From Candidatus Krumholzibacteriota bacterium (GTDB lineage: Bacteria; Krumholzibacteriota; Krumholzibacteriia; LZORAL124-64-63): a DNA stretch of 64,000 bases. Each line of letters begins with the position of its first letter. Within the stretch, counting starts at the first letter, position 1. The notes under the pieces were generated by a model. The model searched no databases. It had not been told where the DNA came from and saw only the letters and a program-made list of their open reading frames with translations. Of the stretch, positions 31,701 to 40,202 are shown piece by piece. Both the position numbers and the translations under genes were made by a program. The stretch is taken from positions 9,359 to 73,358 of the forward strand of contig JAJRZA010000028.1 in the NCBI GenBank assembly GCA_024275485.1, written 5' to 3'.

Positions 31701-32370
31701 TGATCACCAGTCCGTTCAGGGGTGTTTGGGAATGATGTTTTCCCAGTAGCTCCAGAAAGGTCTCCCAGTTCTGTTGAACACTCTTATCTTCGGACTTGCG
31801 GACAAAACGCCGATCTGCTTCCAGGATGACGGCCTGGTTGGTGAACCACCACTCACAGCTGGGAGAGCTGCCGATACCCACCAGATCCCCTGGACCCTGA
31901 TCCGGTCTCTGCAGCCCGGAGTGGCGGATGACTTCGGCTTTGCCGGACTCTTCTGTTCCCATGACCATGAACCAGGGTAAAACGTACAGGGCGGCCTTGC
32001 CCCCCTTGCCATCGCCCAGACGGGAATCCTTCAACACCTGGATGGCAGCTTGCAATTCCTTGCGGGCACTTTCGCGCGCAGCCTTTTCAGAATCCGATGC
32101 CTGAACCACACTCTGATCCGCTTCGATGATCATGGATGTTTCCAGATCCTCGGCCATCTTTTTATTCTTCTTTTTGGCCCGCGCAGCGAGGATCACCTGC
32201 ACCACGATGAATAGAACCAGCAGAAGCGCCATGGCCGCCAGTCTCTTCCAACCCACCAGGCCTATCTTTGGGCCCAGGAAAAAGAGTAGAAAAAGAAGCA
32301 CGATCAAAACCATGCTTAATATTGAGCGGGGATTTTTTAGGCTTTTCATCACTAGAGCGATCAAATTCAT
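28792..32370 (-). CDS. tssM: T6SS membrane complex protein TssM (IcmF)
   Basis: 1192 aa. N-terminal TM helices, ALYVLPWFMVMGTEESGKAEVIRHSGL Walker A region typical of IcmF. Confidence 0.85.
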   Translation of the reverse strand: MNLIALVMKSLKNPRSILSMVLIVLLFLLFFLGPKIGLVGWKRLAAMALLLVLFIVVQVILAARAKKKNKKMAEDLETSMIIEADQSVVQASDSEKAARESARKELQAAIQVLKDSRLGDGKGGKAALYVLPWFMVMGTEESGKAEVIRHSGLQRPDQGPGDLVGIGSSPSCEWWFTNQAVILEADRRFVRKSEDKSVQQNWETFLELLGKHHSQTPLNGLVITISVTELLQGDKSDIRARARLLRRRLDAMRESLRQVFPVYVMVTKMDLLLGFHDYYSGISSEGSAQIWGTTFRQSGGSLGWSQKAFFQEFNLLSRALRKRRQMRLVREENPAIKDGTFLFPLEFQGLRSPLDCFMTALCEENAYGSNPLMRGFYFVASGGGGQVADVVLNEVSQVMGLPGTDFTSLRTRSLPTGRPFFLKDFFQKVLIPDRHIARPTRGAAQQARILRRTIQFTALAALALFGVLLTVSFGRNLALVNKTKLLTSAAGNVVLANNDLKAINQSLRELDGLKNHLVRLDEMGKRRSLTLDLGLYTGNKLKGPALGVYLNRLRDILVVPSRQELALLLEYPCPDVDDEVGGTQFYNRYRVYRTLFTPHREDADLMADELGNLWANLDVLAGGQSGAEGRVDDHIRFAMNHADVFARFCGEKQADRDLIRKGNQFVRDTWRPENFYHRMINDINKLTTGFRLDPTRHPGLISVGPDPSSGGRVTVPGSFTKAGWTDHVRHRIINSDTELRNDWLLQEVFEERASGIKNRLLGSYERDYKRSWNEFLVSVELPRETDLGIVAGDMDELLGDDSPFLRLLSEVSENLRFKEKEGDVGSAVVKTMDRIESAFVSLHSFVQNKSPKDGKPPQDDFLAAVMGIRTKLWELHGAEGPSTTMEFTKSVFEKPQMENSISILRSFAYNHSNPIRLGSAESNRALQVYLTRPAEAAWRTCLEVTTQYLDQEWKLEVWDPFSSTLNLKYPCFNADAEATTVDYGDFFGPDGALPVFLNEKMNSFLEDDQSPGRVYGLGLALGPSSINSLRKSKQLAEVLFPEGKLHAECTLTAQQLVTINGTGIAPDFGASLVKVGNESLIYRWGLAKSRKFEWPDEAGEVVGRVAVICLKGGCKKPGENKVESSEWALFRLLDMAEFPALNQQGDSFKIKWIQSYEDQYQIAVPYHLKAGSQNHPFKRGFLRFSCPKSLRD

Positions 32371-32385
32371 GGCTGTTCATTCCCT

Positions 32386-33111
32386 TTAGCTGGGCAAGGT
32401 GGGCATGGCTTCGATGACTTGTCCCGTTTGGTAACCGGCCGTGAAGAAGAAAATGGCAAATAGCAAAAGGAGAATTCCGAACCCCAGGGCTGCGAATTTC
32501 CAGAAGGGGAAGGTATCCCTGTCCAAAGCAACGGAACGATCCCGAGGTTTACCGTGGGGACTGATTTTCAGCTCGCGGAAATCCCTTGGGTTATAACCCA
32601 GTTGGTTCCGCAAGTCGGCAATGATGGCGTCCAACTGGTTCTTTCCGGAGATCCGGTATTGCCCTTGGAACCCCAGGGTAAGACAGAGATGGTAGACCTC
32701 CAGGATCTCCCGCTTGAGATTGCCCGCACCACGAAGCGTTTCCAGCTCGGTGAAAAATCGAGACCCACCCCCTCTTTCGCCAAAGAGGGAAAGCTGGAGG
32801 GGCTTGTCACGCCAGGTCTCACGATCAGCCCACTGGGAGTTGAGAATGGTCTCGTCCAGGAAAACCACCAGGGCGAATTTGGCAGCATCCAGATCCGCCC
32901 GGGTAAAGCCGGCATCAACCCCGCCCTTTTCCATACCAGCCAGGAAATTGTGGATCTGCTGTCGGAGATGATCGGAATTTCCAAAATCACTACTGTTGCG
33001 CAGGGACAGGATCAGCGAGAACATTCCCGTGGTGAGATCCAGCATGCTCTTGGACTCGTTGCCGGCCGGTTGAAGATCGGACATGAAGGACTCCCTCGTC
33101 GTTGACCGCAC
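32386..33111 (-). CDS. tssL: T6SS TssL (DotU)
   Basis: ALVVFLDETILNS...LCLTLGFQGQYR motifs and C-terminal TM helix. Confidence 0.8.
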   Translation of the reverse strand: MRSTTRESFMSDLQPAGNESKSMLDLTTGMFSLILSLRNSSDFGNSDHLRQQIHNFLAGMEKGGVDAGFTRADLDAAKFALVVFLDETILNSQWADRETWRDKPLQLSLFGERGGGSRFFTELETLRGAGNLKREILEVYHLCLTLGFQGQYRISGKNQLDAIIADLRNQLGYNPRDFRELKISPHGKPRDRSVALDRDTFPFWKFAALGFGILLLLFAIFFFTAGYQTGQVIEAMPTLPS

Positions 33112-34470
33112 TTATTTCATTGCGATGAGTTCGAACTTGCTTTCCCGTAGTCCTGGTCCGCCCAGATAAATGGCTATGGCCCGGGACTCCTTGATCGTCT
33201 CCCATGTCTCGCTGTGGGTATCGACCGAGAAATAGGTGCAACCGGCCTTCAGGGGAAAGTCGCGTGGTGGAACCGGAACATGGGTCAGAACCACACCGGG
33301 AGTGGCTGTGCGCACCAGGAAATCGATGTTGTGGGGCGACCCGATAATGGTCTGGCTGGGAACCTCTTCGACGACCTGTGCCGCAGGCATGTCCCCTCGT
33401 ACCGAAAGATACCAGTGGGTCTCCCCCGCCAGCAATCCCTGGTCGACGATTTCGCCGGTGAGCATGGTTTCATCTCGGTGGTCAAGTTCAACTCCCGAAA
33501 AGCGTGAGGGCATCACCGTCTCCAGCAGTTTCCTGATCAGGGCGGCCAAACCAACAAAAGTGGAGGCCAGATCAGTATGGTTGTATGCGGGGATTTCACT
33601 GGGGTGACGATCCACACCAAAGGTGCAAAGGGCACCCGCCAGTTGAGCCAGGGTTGTGTAAACCCGGTGAGGATGGCGACCGGGAGTTTGCAAATGGTCT
33701 GCCACAAGGGGCAGAAAGCTGTTGACCGTGTGCAGGAGCCAGAAATTCCCCACGTCGGAGGTGCCGAATTCCACCATGCCTTCTCCCCGCTGCCTGGTTT
33801 GATTGGCCAAGGCGGTGCTCTTGGCGGTCAAGACCTCCAGCAGGGATCCGGTCAAATCGTATATGGGGCCCGATGTACCCATGGACAGGCGAGCAGGAAT
33901 GAAATCCTGCGAAATTTTGAAATTGGCGTCGGATGAGCGCTCAATTTCCGCCAGCTTCAGAGTGATGTAACCATCAAGATTTTCACCGCTGACCAGAAGT
34001 TTAAGGTTTTGCCTACCAATGGTGATTTCCATTTCCTTGCCCGGGTTGTTCAAGTCGTCCACCTGGATCGGCTCGCTCAAATGGCGGGTGGCCACGACTC
34101 CCCCCTGACCTGCGGGACGACACTCGGGTACACCTGGTCTCTCGTCGGGAAAGGCCAGGAATACTTCCAGGCGCTTGAGCTTGGTTTCCAAAAAGAGTGC
34201 CTTGAACTCTCGGCCGGCCGGGATGGGGTCGATGCCCGGGGCCCGCACCAGGCTGCCATCGGGCAGAATGACCTCACACGTTTCCAACTTTAGACGGCTG
34301 TTGCCCAGGGCTTCAAGGTCGAAATCGGCCCGACGAACTCCCCACGCATAGGGCTCGAAGGTTTCTTGCCGAAAGCGCAGTTCGCCATCCCGGAAACGAT
34401 CACTTTGTTGAAAATGCTGGGGCCCCAGGAACATCCCTTCGGTCCAGACAATGCGGTTCTCCCGACTCAT
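33112..34470 (-). CDS. tssK: T6SS baseplate protein TssK
   Basis: RIVWTEGMFLGPQHFQQSDR N-terminal signature of TssK. 452 aa. Confidence 0.85.
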   Translation of the reverse strand: MSRENRIVWTEGMFLGPQHFQQSDRFRDGELRFRQETFEPYAWGVRRADFDLEALGNSRLKLETCEVILPDGSLVRAPGIDPIPAGREFKALFLETKLKRLEVFLAFPDERPGVPECRPAGQGGVVATRHLSEPIQVDDLNNPGKEMEITIGRQNLKLLVSGENLDGYITLKLAEIERSSDANFKISQDFIPARLSMGTSGPIYDLTGSLLEVLTAKSTALANQTRQRGEGMVEFGTSDVGNFWLLHTVNSFLPLVADHLQTPGRHPHRVYTTLAQLAGALCTFGVDRHPSEIPAYNHTDLASTFVGLAALIRKLLETVMPSRFSGVELDHRDETMLTGEIVDQGLLAGETHWYLSVRGDMPAAQVVEEVPSQTIIGSPHNIDFLVRTATPGVVLTHVPVPPRDFPLKAGCTYFSVDTHSETWETIKESRAIAIYLGGPGLRESKFELIAMK

Positions 34471-34495
34471 TATATTAGTCCTTCCAACGCTTCAT

Positions 34496-34975
34496 TCATT
34501 TGACCGAAAAATTGATCCCTTGCAGGTTCACCGTTTTCTTGAGGCCCTTTTTCTTCAACGGAAAAATGTACCGTCTGCTGTTGACATCTCCTTCGGCACA
34601 GAAATTGATCATCATGCCAATGGCCGTCGCACCTTCGGGTCGTGTCAAGGCCAACGTTTCATTGGCACCTGGAGCAAGAGTGACATCATGATAGGAGCCT
34701 TCGAGGTCTCCGCCCAAGGCGGCCGTGGGGTCTTCCCAGGTTTCCTCGAAAGCACTGTCGTTGAATACCCGGGCATCCTTCAGGTAAAAGAAACGCAGGA
34801 TCACCGGATGGCTCTTGTGGTCATCACCACAGGCATTCAGTTGGGCACTTCCATTCAGGGTAATGGAATCGGTCCGCGTGCAGGGGCCGATGCCGACCGT
34901 GCAGCATCCTGCCGCACTCAAGGCCAGGACTGCTGCCAGACCCATCAGCAAAATTATCCGACTTTTGACGAACAT
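34496..34975 (-). CDS. tssJ: T6SS outer-membrane lipoprotein TssJ
   Basis: Signal peptide with lipobox LSAAGC. Size 159 aa and VILRFFYLKD motif consistent with TssJ. Confidence 0.65.
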   Translation of the reverse strand: MFVKSRIILLMGLAAVLALSAAGCCTVGIGPCTRTDSITLNGSAQLNACGDDHKSHPVILRFFYLKDARVFNDSAFEETWEDPTAALGGDLEGSYHDVTLAPGANETLALTRPEGATAIGMMINFCAEGDVNSRRYIFPLKKKGLKKTVNLQGINFSVK

Positions 34976-35044
34976 ACCTTCTCCTCATGGCAACAAACAT
35001 CCAGGGCAATCAGGGTTCCATTTTCCAACCGGGCACATACATTC

Positions 35045-35629
35045 CTACTTGGCGGGCGGAGGAGGGAAATCGGCCAGGGCGGGCTCCACCACTGTTTCGT
35101 CCTCTGAACCACCCAGCAGGATCACCGCCAGAATCACCGCGCCGGCACCGGCTGCCCAGGCGACCGGCTTCATATAAAAAGGTTTTTCCTCGCCGTCTTC
35201 ATCCTGATCCGCATCGGCCTCGGCTTGCTGACAATCCGTCAAGGCTGCGTTGAACAGATCAACTTCATCTTTGGGGAACATCACCGGATCCGGGATCCAG
35301 GTCTGGTCCAGGTTGTGGACGGCACAGAAGTCTTCCTTTGCCTGGGCAACCATCCCCAGTCCCGCGGCCGACCGGGCCCGGATGATGAAGGCATCCCTCT
35401 GCTCGGTATCGGAAAGTTGTCCGCTGCCGATCAGGGAAGTCACCAAGTCCATGGCCTGCTGGTACTCAGCAAAATCATAGAGGTCCTGGCCGTGCTCAAT
35501 ATCCTGTTGAACCGTGGCCAGGGCCCCGGGAACCCAGCCGATCCCGGGACTGGTGGTGGACAGAAAAATCAACAACAACACTCCTGCAGTTACCCGCAGT
35601 CTCGTTTTCTGCCAGTGTATCAAAGTCAT
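35045..35629 (-). CDS. Hypothetical bitopic protein (N- and C-terminal TM helices, TPR-like helical middle, acidic stretch)
   Basis: ORF in operonic position between tssJ and the Ser/Thr kinase. No recognisable family. Confidence 0.35.
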   Translation of the reverse strand: MTLIHWQKTRLRVTAGVLLLIFLSTTSPGIGWVPGALATVQQDIEHGQDLYDFAEYQQAMDLVTSLIGSGQLSDTEQRDAFIIRARSAAGLGMVAQAKEDFCAVHNLDQTWIPDPVMFPKDEVDLFNAALTDCQQAEADADQDEDGEEKPFYMKPVAWAAGAGAVILAVILLGGSEDETVVEPALADFPPPPAK

Positions 35630-35643
35630 GTCGGTTCCTTTCT

Positions 35644-38016
35644 TCAGTTGGCGGATTTCATGTCAAACTTTATGAGCAGAGTTTCGTTTTTTACGATTGT
35701 GATGCGATACCCTGAATCCGGCGATCCCGGATTGAGGGCCGGCAATTCCACTTTCCCTTTTTCACCGAAGACCCAAGCCTTGTCCACGACCAGACCTGAT
35801 CTGCGAATGTAAATGATATGCTCCCCCACCAGAACCCGTGGCACATCCAGAGGCGGGGATCCTGAAATTTCAACCCCGTCAAGCAGCACTTGTACCTCGT
35901 TGCTGGCCCTCACTTTCAATCCACCCGCGTTGAAGATTTTTCGGCCCAGATTCAGCGTATCGCCAGAGGCAACCTTCTTGTCTGTCATGACGAAACCGCC
36001 CAGGGTGGAACCATGGAGGATCCGTATTTCGTGTTCCACCCGAGGCTTTGCTGGTATATAGACCAATTTCTTACTTTCCACCACCAATTCCCCATCCATA
36101 TACACATCACCGTATGGAACGATCACCACCTTGAAAAATCCGGGATCCGAACTGGGGGCCTGGATGGGAGCCAGTTTAAAGGGAAGAGACCGTTGGATAC
36201 CTTCCTTCACTCCACGGACTTTGCTCCGGCCAATATAGCCGCGTTTTTGTACCCTGACTTCCCAATCTCCCACTGCCAGGTCATCGGTGGTATGGGGAGT
36301 GGTCCCGACCAAATGGAATTTCTTGTCATCCCAACTCATGATGTAGACAGAGGCATCGCTTGGTTCAGAAGTGATCTGCAGGGTTCCCGTTGGTAGAGCC
36401 GGAGCGGGCTCCTGATCAGGGGTCTGGTCTACCCCCTGAGCTTCCCCAGTTACCGAACCCGGTTGTTCTGCGTCCCCGGGCTGCTCGCCCACCAGCGTTG
36501 AGGGCACTTCCTTGGCCAAATCAACCGTGTTCAAATCTTCAGTGGTCGAGTCAACAGAATCCTCGTCGGGTCGGGGATCTTCCACCAAAGGCACTGCCGG
36601 TTCATGGGCCGGCTGTTCCACAACAGCAGCAGTGTTGGCAGCAACCTCGTTACTAGCTTCCTGTTTTGAACCATCCACCCGGGGCCAGAAAACCACAGCA
36701 AGAACCATGATCAGGAGCAGGGCGGCGCCACCTCCATACAAGATCAACGGATTCAGTCCATCCAGGAACCGCTTGATGCTATCAACCTTGGGTCTGGAAG
36801 GAGCCGCGGACGCAGGAGGTATCTTTGGCTCTTGATGACTGGTGGTCAACACCATGGTGGCCCCCGGATCAAAAGTCGCAGGGCCCTGGTAGGCCGGCAC
36901 AATGCCGGATTCTTCTGCATTCTTGATCAACTCGGCAATGGCACCTTTGGCCTTCTGGTTGTCAGGTTCCAGTGACAGGACATAATTGAATTCCCGGATG
37001 GCATCGTCGATGTTGGACAACCCCATCTTCTGGAAATGCAACCCCTGCTTCATGTGGTTGTTGACGCCCTTCTTCCTCAAGTCCTCGGAAAAACCGATGG
37101 GATCCAGGGAAAATTTGGTCAAATAATCACGCTTGAACTTGATGAGAGCCCGGCTGCTGTCCACTTTCTCCATACACTCGGACAGGGAACGAAGAAGCTG
37201 CTCCATGTTCTGGAACCGCCGATTGGGATCCTTGGCCAACATGTTAGAGATCAGGGAAACAACTTCAGGGATCAGCAAGGGACATCGCTCCCGGCTCAGG
37301 GCAGGAGGATCTTGAGTGATGATTGCCTCTTGAACCTCTGCGGCCGTTGAACCCTTGAAGGGTTTTTCCCCCATAAGCAACTGGTAGGCCATGACCCCGA
37401 GTGAAAAGATATCAGTGCGGCTGTCCAGTTCGCGGCCGGCAGCCTGTTCCGGCGACATGAACGAAGGAGTCCCCACCACGGTACCGGGCATGGTCAGGTC
37501 AATGTCCAACAGAGGGCTCACTTCGCCGACATTACGGGCCAGACCAAAGTCGGCGATCTTCACCTCACCACGTTTGTGCAGCAGGATGTTGGACGGTTTG
37601 ATATCCCGGTGGATGATACCCTGTTCGTGGGCATCCTTCAGGCCATAGGCAACCTCCTCCAGGATGGAAAAAACGATTTCGATAGGGAAAACACGCTGCC
37701 CGTTGGGCGAATTCTGGATATCGGTCAATATCTGGCCCAGATCTTTTCCATCCACGTACTCCATCACGATGAAATAGATATCGTCCTCGCTGCCAAAATC
37801 TATGACCGAGGCGATGTTGTTGTTGCGCAGGGAGGAGGCCGCCTTGGCTTCCCGTTCGAATCGAGCAATGAAGCTTTTGTCCCCAGCCATACCCGGGTGC
37901 AGAACCTTGATGGCCACAGGATAGCCCAAGGTCTCGTGAATCCCCTTGTACACGGTAGACATACCACCGGAGCCAATTTTTTCCTTGACCAGAAAACCGT
38001 GAAATGATGTCGCCAA
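35644..38016 (-). CDS. ppkA: Hanks-type Ser/Thr protein kinase with TM helix and large extracytoplasmic C-terminal domain (PpkA-like)
   Basis: GSGGMSTVYKG...AIK, HRDIKPSNILL, DFGLAR kinase motifs. TM segment about residue 440. Confidence 0.85.
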   Translation of the reverse strand: MATSFHGFLVKEKIGSGGMSTVYKGIHETLGYPVAIKVLHPGMAGDKSFIARFEREAKAASSLRNNNIASVIDFGSEDDIYFIVMEYVDGKDLGQILTDIQNSPNGQRVFPIEIVFSILEEVAYGLKDAHEQGIIHRDIKPSNILLHKRGEVKIADFGLARNVGEVSPLLDIDLTMPGTVVGTPSFMSPEQAAGRELDSRTDIFSLGVMAYQLLMGEKPFKGSTAAEVQEAIITQDPPALSRERCPLLIPEVVSLISNMLAKDPNRRFQNMEQLLRSLSECMEKVDSSRALIKFKRDYLTKFSLDPIGFSEDLRKKGVNNHMKQGLHFQKMGLSNIDDAIREFNYVLSLEPDNQKAKGAIAELIKNAEESGIVPAYQGPATFDPGATMVLTTSHQEPKIPPASAAPSRPKVDSIKRFLDGLNPLILYGGGAALLLIMVLAVVFWPRVDGSKQEASNEVAANTAAVVEQPAHEPAVPLVEDPRPDEDSVDSTTEDLNTVDLAKEVPSTLVGEQPGDAEQPGSVTGEAQGVDQTPDQEPAPALPTGTLQITSEPSDASVYIMSWDDKKFHLVGTTPHTTDDLAVGDWEVRVQKRGYIGRSKVRGVKEGIQRSLPFKLAPIQAPSSDPGFFKVVIVPYGDVYMDGELVVESKKLVYIPAKPRVEHEIRILHGSTLGGFVMTDKKVASGDTLNLGRKIFNAGGLKVRASNEVQVLLDGVEISGSPPLDVPRVLVGEHIIYIRRSGLVVDKAWVFGEKGKVELPALNPGSPDSGYRITIVKNETLLIKFDMKSAN

Positions 38017-38035
38017 CTGGTGTCTCCCTTTCTAC

Positions 38036-38815
38036 TCAGCCCAATCGGGCTACCTGGACCGTAATGTTGTCGGGCCCGCCACGTTCCAAAGCCAGGTCTA
38101 CCAATTTTCGGCAAGCGGATTCGGGCAAGTGCATGGAAACCGTGTGCAGGATTTCGTCGTTGGTTACCGTTTTGGTCAATCCATCACTGCAAATGATCAG
38201 GGTGTTTGGCCGTTTGAATTCCATCAGCCCACTCATTTCCACGTCCACATCGTTCTCCTGACCGAACCAGCGAGTCAGCACATTGGCCATATTCTGCATT
38301 TCCTCGGGAAGGGACTTTCCTTCCCGGGCGTAATCGTTGGCCATGGAGTGATCATGGGTCAGCTGGATCAGTTCAGCACCGACAGCCATGTAGGCCCGGC
38401 AATCGCCTACGTGACCGATGACCAGGGTTTCACCCTTGATGACGGCACAAGTGCAGGTTGTGGCCATGCCCGCATGATGGGGATCGATCGATGATTGCTG
38501 GTAGACAGCCCGGTTGGCAGCCAGCATTGCTTCGGATAGGGCATAACCCATATCGGAAGGTTCACCGTTGGCCCGATAGGTCTTGGCCACCACCTCCACG
38601 GCGATCCCGCTGGCCACTTCACCGGCAGCACTGCCCCCCACACCATCGGCAACCACCAGAAGATGGGATCCGGCAGGTCCCTCGGGCGGAAAATAGCCAA
38701 GAGCATCCTCGTTTATCTTCCGTCGACAACCCAGATCGGTCAAACCTGCGTAAACCAGCGTCAAATCCGCTGGAGTCTGGGAATTATTTCCAAACACCTC
38801 AACCCCTTCCAACAA
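38036..38815 (-). CDS. pppA: PP2C-family Ser/Thr phosphatase (PppA-like)
   Basis: LLVVADGVGGSAAGEVAS, ICSDGLT, GGPDNITV PP2C motifs. Confidence 0.85.
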   Translation of the reverse strand: MLEGVEVFGNNSQTPADLTLVYAGLTDLGCRRKINEDALGYFPPEGPAGSHLLVVADGVGGSAAGEVASGIAVEVVAKTYRANGEPSDMGYALSEAMLAANRAVYQQSSIDPHHAGMATTCTCAVIKGETLVIGHVGDCRAYMAVGAELIQLTHDHSMANDYAREGKSLPEEMQNMANVLTRWFGQENDVDVEMSGLMEFKRPNTLIICSDGLTKTVTNDEILHTVSMHLPESACRKLVDLALERGGPDNITVQVARLG

Positions 38816-38843
38816 ATAAAAGTCACCAAGTTCAGTGTCCTGG

Positions 38844-40202
38844 TTAGTGCCGCAGAAAAGTCAATTCTACAGCTTTTCCCAAGATAATTTTGTCACCATG
38901 ACGCAGAATCACGTTTCGAACCGACCGCCCGTTGACTCGGGTTCCGGTCCTGGAACGCAGATCTGTAAGAATCACACCACCGGCTTTTATCCTTATCACC
39001 GCATGATGCCGTGAAATCCGCTCATCGGCCAGAACCAATTGATTGTCGTTGTCCGAGCCCATGGCCACTCCCGATAAAGGGATCGCCACTTCTTTTTGCC
39101 TGCCCTGGAAGTCCACCAGCAGGAGCCCAGCTTTTCGACTTTTCATCTTCAACAGGAAAACCCCTCCCCCGGCTACCACCAGGACTCCCAAACCGAGCCC
39201 AAGCACCAGGAAGATCCCTGATCCGGAAAGGGCCGTTTGGTTGGCAACTGTCGCCGTTGCTGTGACCTCGGTGGAGAACCCGAACGAAATGAACAACTCC
39301 ACCGGCAGTGGAGGTTCCTGTTTCGGAATCCTCAGCGACCGCATTGCGTCCATCCGGACCAGACTCCGGTGGAGGATGCTCTTGTCAGTGAACGGTATAG
39401 ATATCCCTCCCGTCTGACGGGCAATTTTCCGCAGTCGAGACAAGCTGCCGGAATTGTCACCCAACTCCAGCACATTGACTGCCACCCGTGTCCTGCGAGC
39501 CGCCTCAATGCAAGTGGCCAACGGATGTTCGCTGGATAGTTGCTCATCTCCGTCGGAAATTACCAGCAGGACTTTCCTGACTTGTCCTTCTTGACCCAAA
39601 GCGGTGATGGCCTGCAAAAGACAGTCCCACAATCGAGTGGGTTCCTCGCCAGCCAAACCCTCTCGCAAATCGGCTTCCGAGGGGCAGCCATGGCCCGGTT
39701 GTTGAAGAGCGGTCATTCGTGACCCGCATCGAAAAAGGGCTCGTCTTGCATCGGTGGTGCCGGAATCCAGATAGCCAACCAGCGGGCCAATCGCCTCCAA
39801 GGGAAAACCTCGATCCACCAGCACTGCTGATGACGAGGGATAGCCCCCCGGCTCAGGGGCAAAATACCCCAGGGTGAGCCCGGTTACCGGAGTTTCTCCC
39901 AACGAAACCCGGATATCGTCATCCGGCAACTCCAGCAGGTTTCCTTCCTTGTCGATCAGGATCAGCGGCACCAGCCAATCCTGATCATGCGCCGAGAATC
40001 CAGGTTCGACCAGAAGAGAAACCTCTGCATCGGCCCCAGTCACCATCGTCGGTAATACCAGGAGAAAACCCAGAAAAAACCAGACCACCAGAAAGAAGGG
40101 TGTGTAGCTAATTAGCCAACGCACGGACAACCCATCCCCTTTAAAGGCACTGTACACCCTTTGACCACCTTCTGGAATTGAAATTCTTCTCAATTCCATC
40201 AT
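38844..40202 (-). CDS. Membrane protein with periplasmic vWA-like domain and cytoplasmic C-terminal FHA domain
   Basis: Two TM segments, VLLVISDGDEQ (vWA-like), C-terminal ISRHHAVIR...GTRVNGRSV...GDKIILG FHA pattern. Start taken at MMELRR to abut the upstream gene. Confidence 0.6.
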   Translation of the reverse strand: MMELRRISIPEGGQRVYSAFKGDGLSVRWLISYTPFFLVVWFFLGFLLVLPTMVTGADAEVSLLVEPGFSAHDQDWLVPLILIDKEGNLLELPDDDIRVSLGETPVTGLTLGYFAPEPGGYPSSSAVLVDRGFPLEAIGPLVGYLDSGTTDARRALFRCGSRMTALQQPGHGCPSEADLREGLAGEEPTRLWDCLLQAITALGQEGQVRKVLLVISDGDEQLSSEHPLATCIEAARRTRVAVNVLELGDNSGSLSRLRKIARQTGGISIPFTDKSILHRSLVRMDAMRSLRIPKQEPPLPVELFISFGFSTEVTATATVANQTALSGSGIFLVLGLGLGVLVVAGGGVFLLKMKSRKAGLLLVDFQGRQKEVAIPLSGVAMGSDNDNQLVLADERISRHHAVIRIKAGGVILTDLRSRTGTRVNGRSVRNVILRHGDKIILGKAVELTFLRH

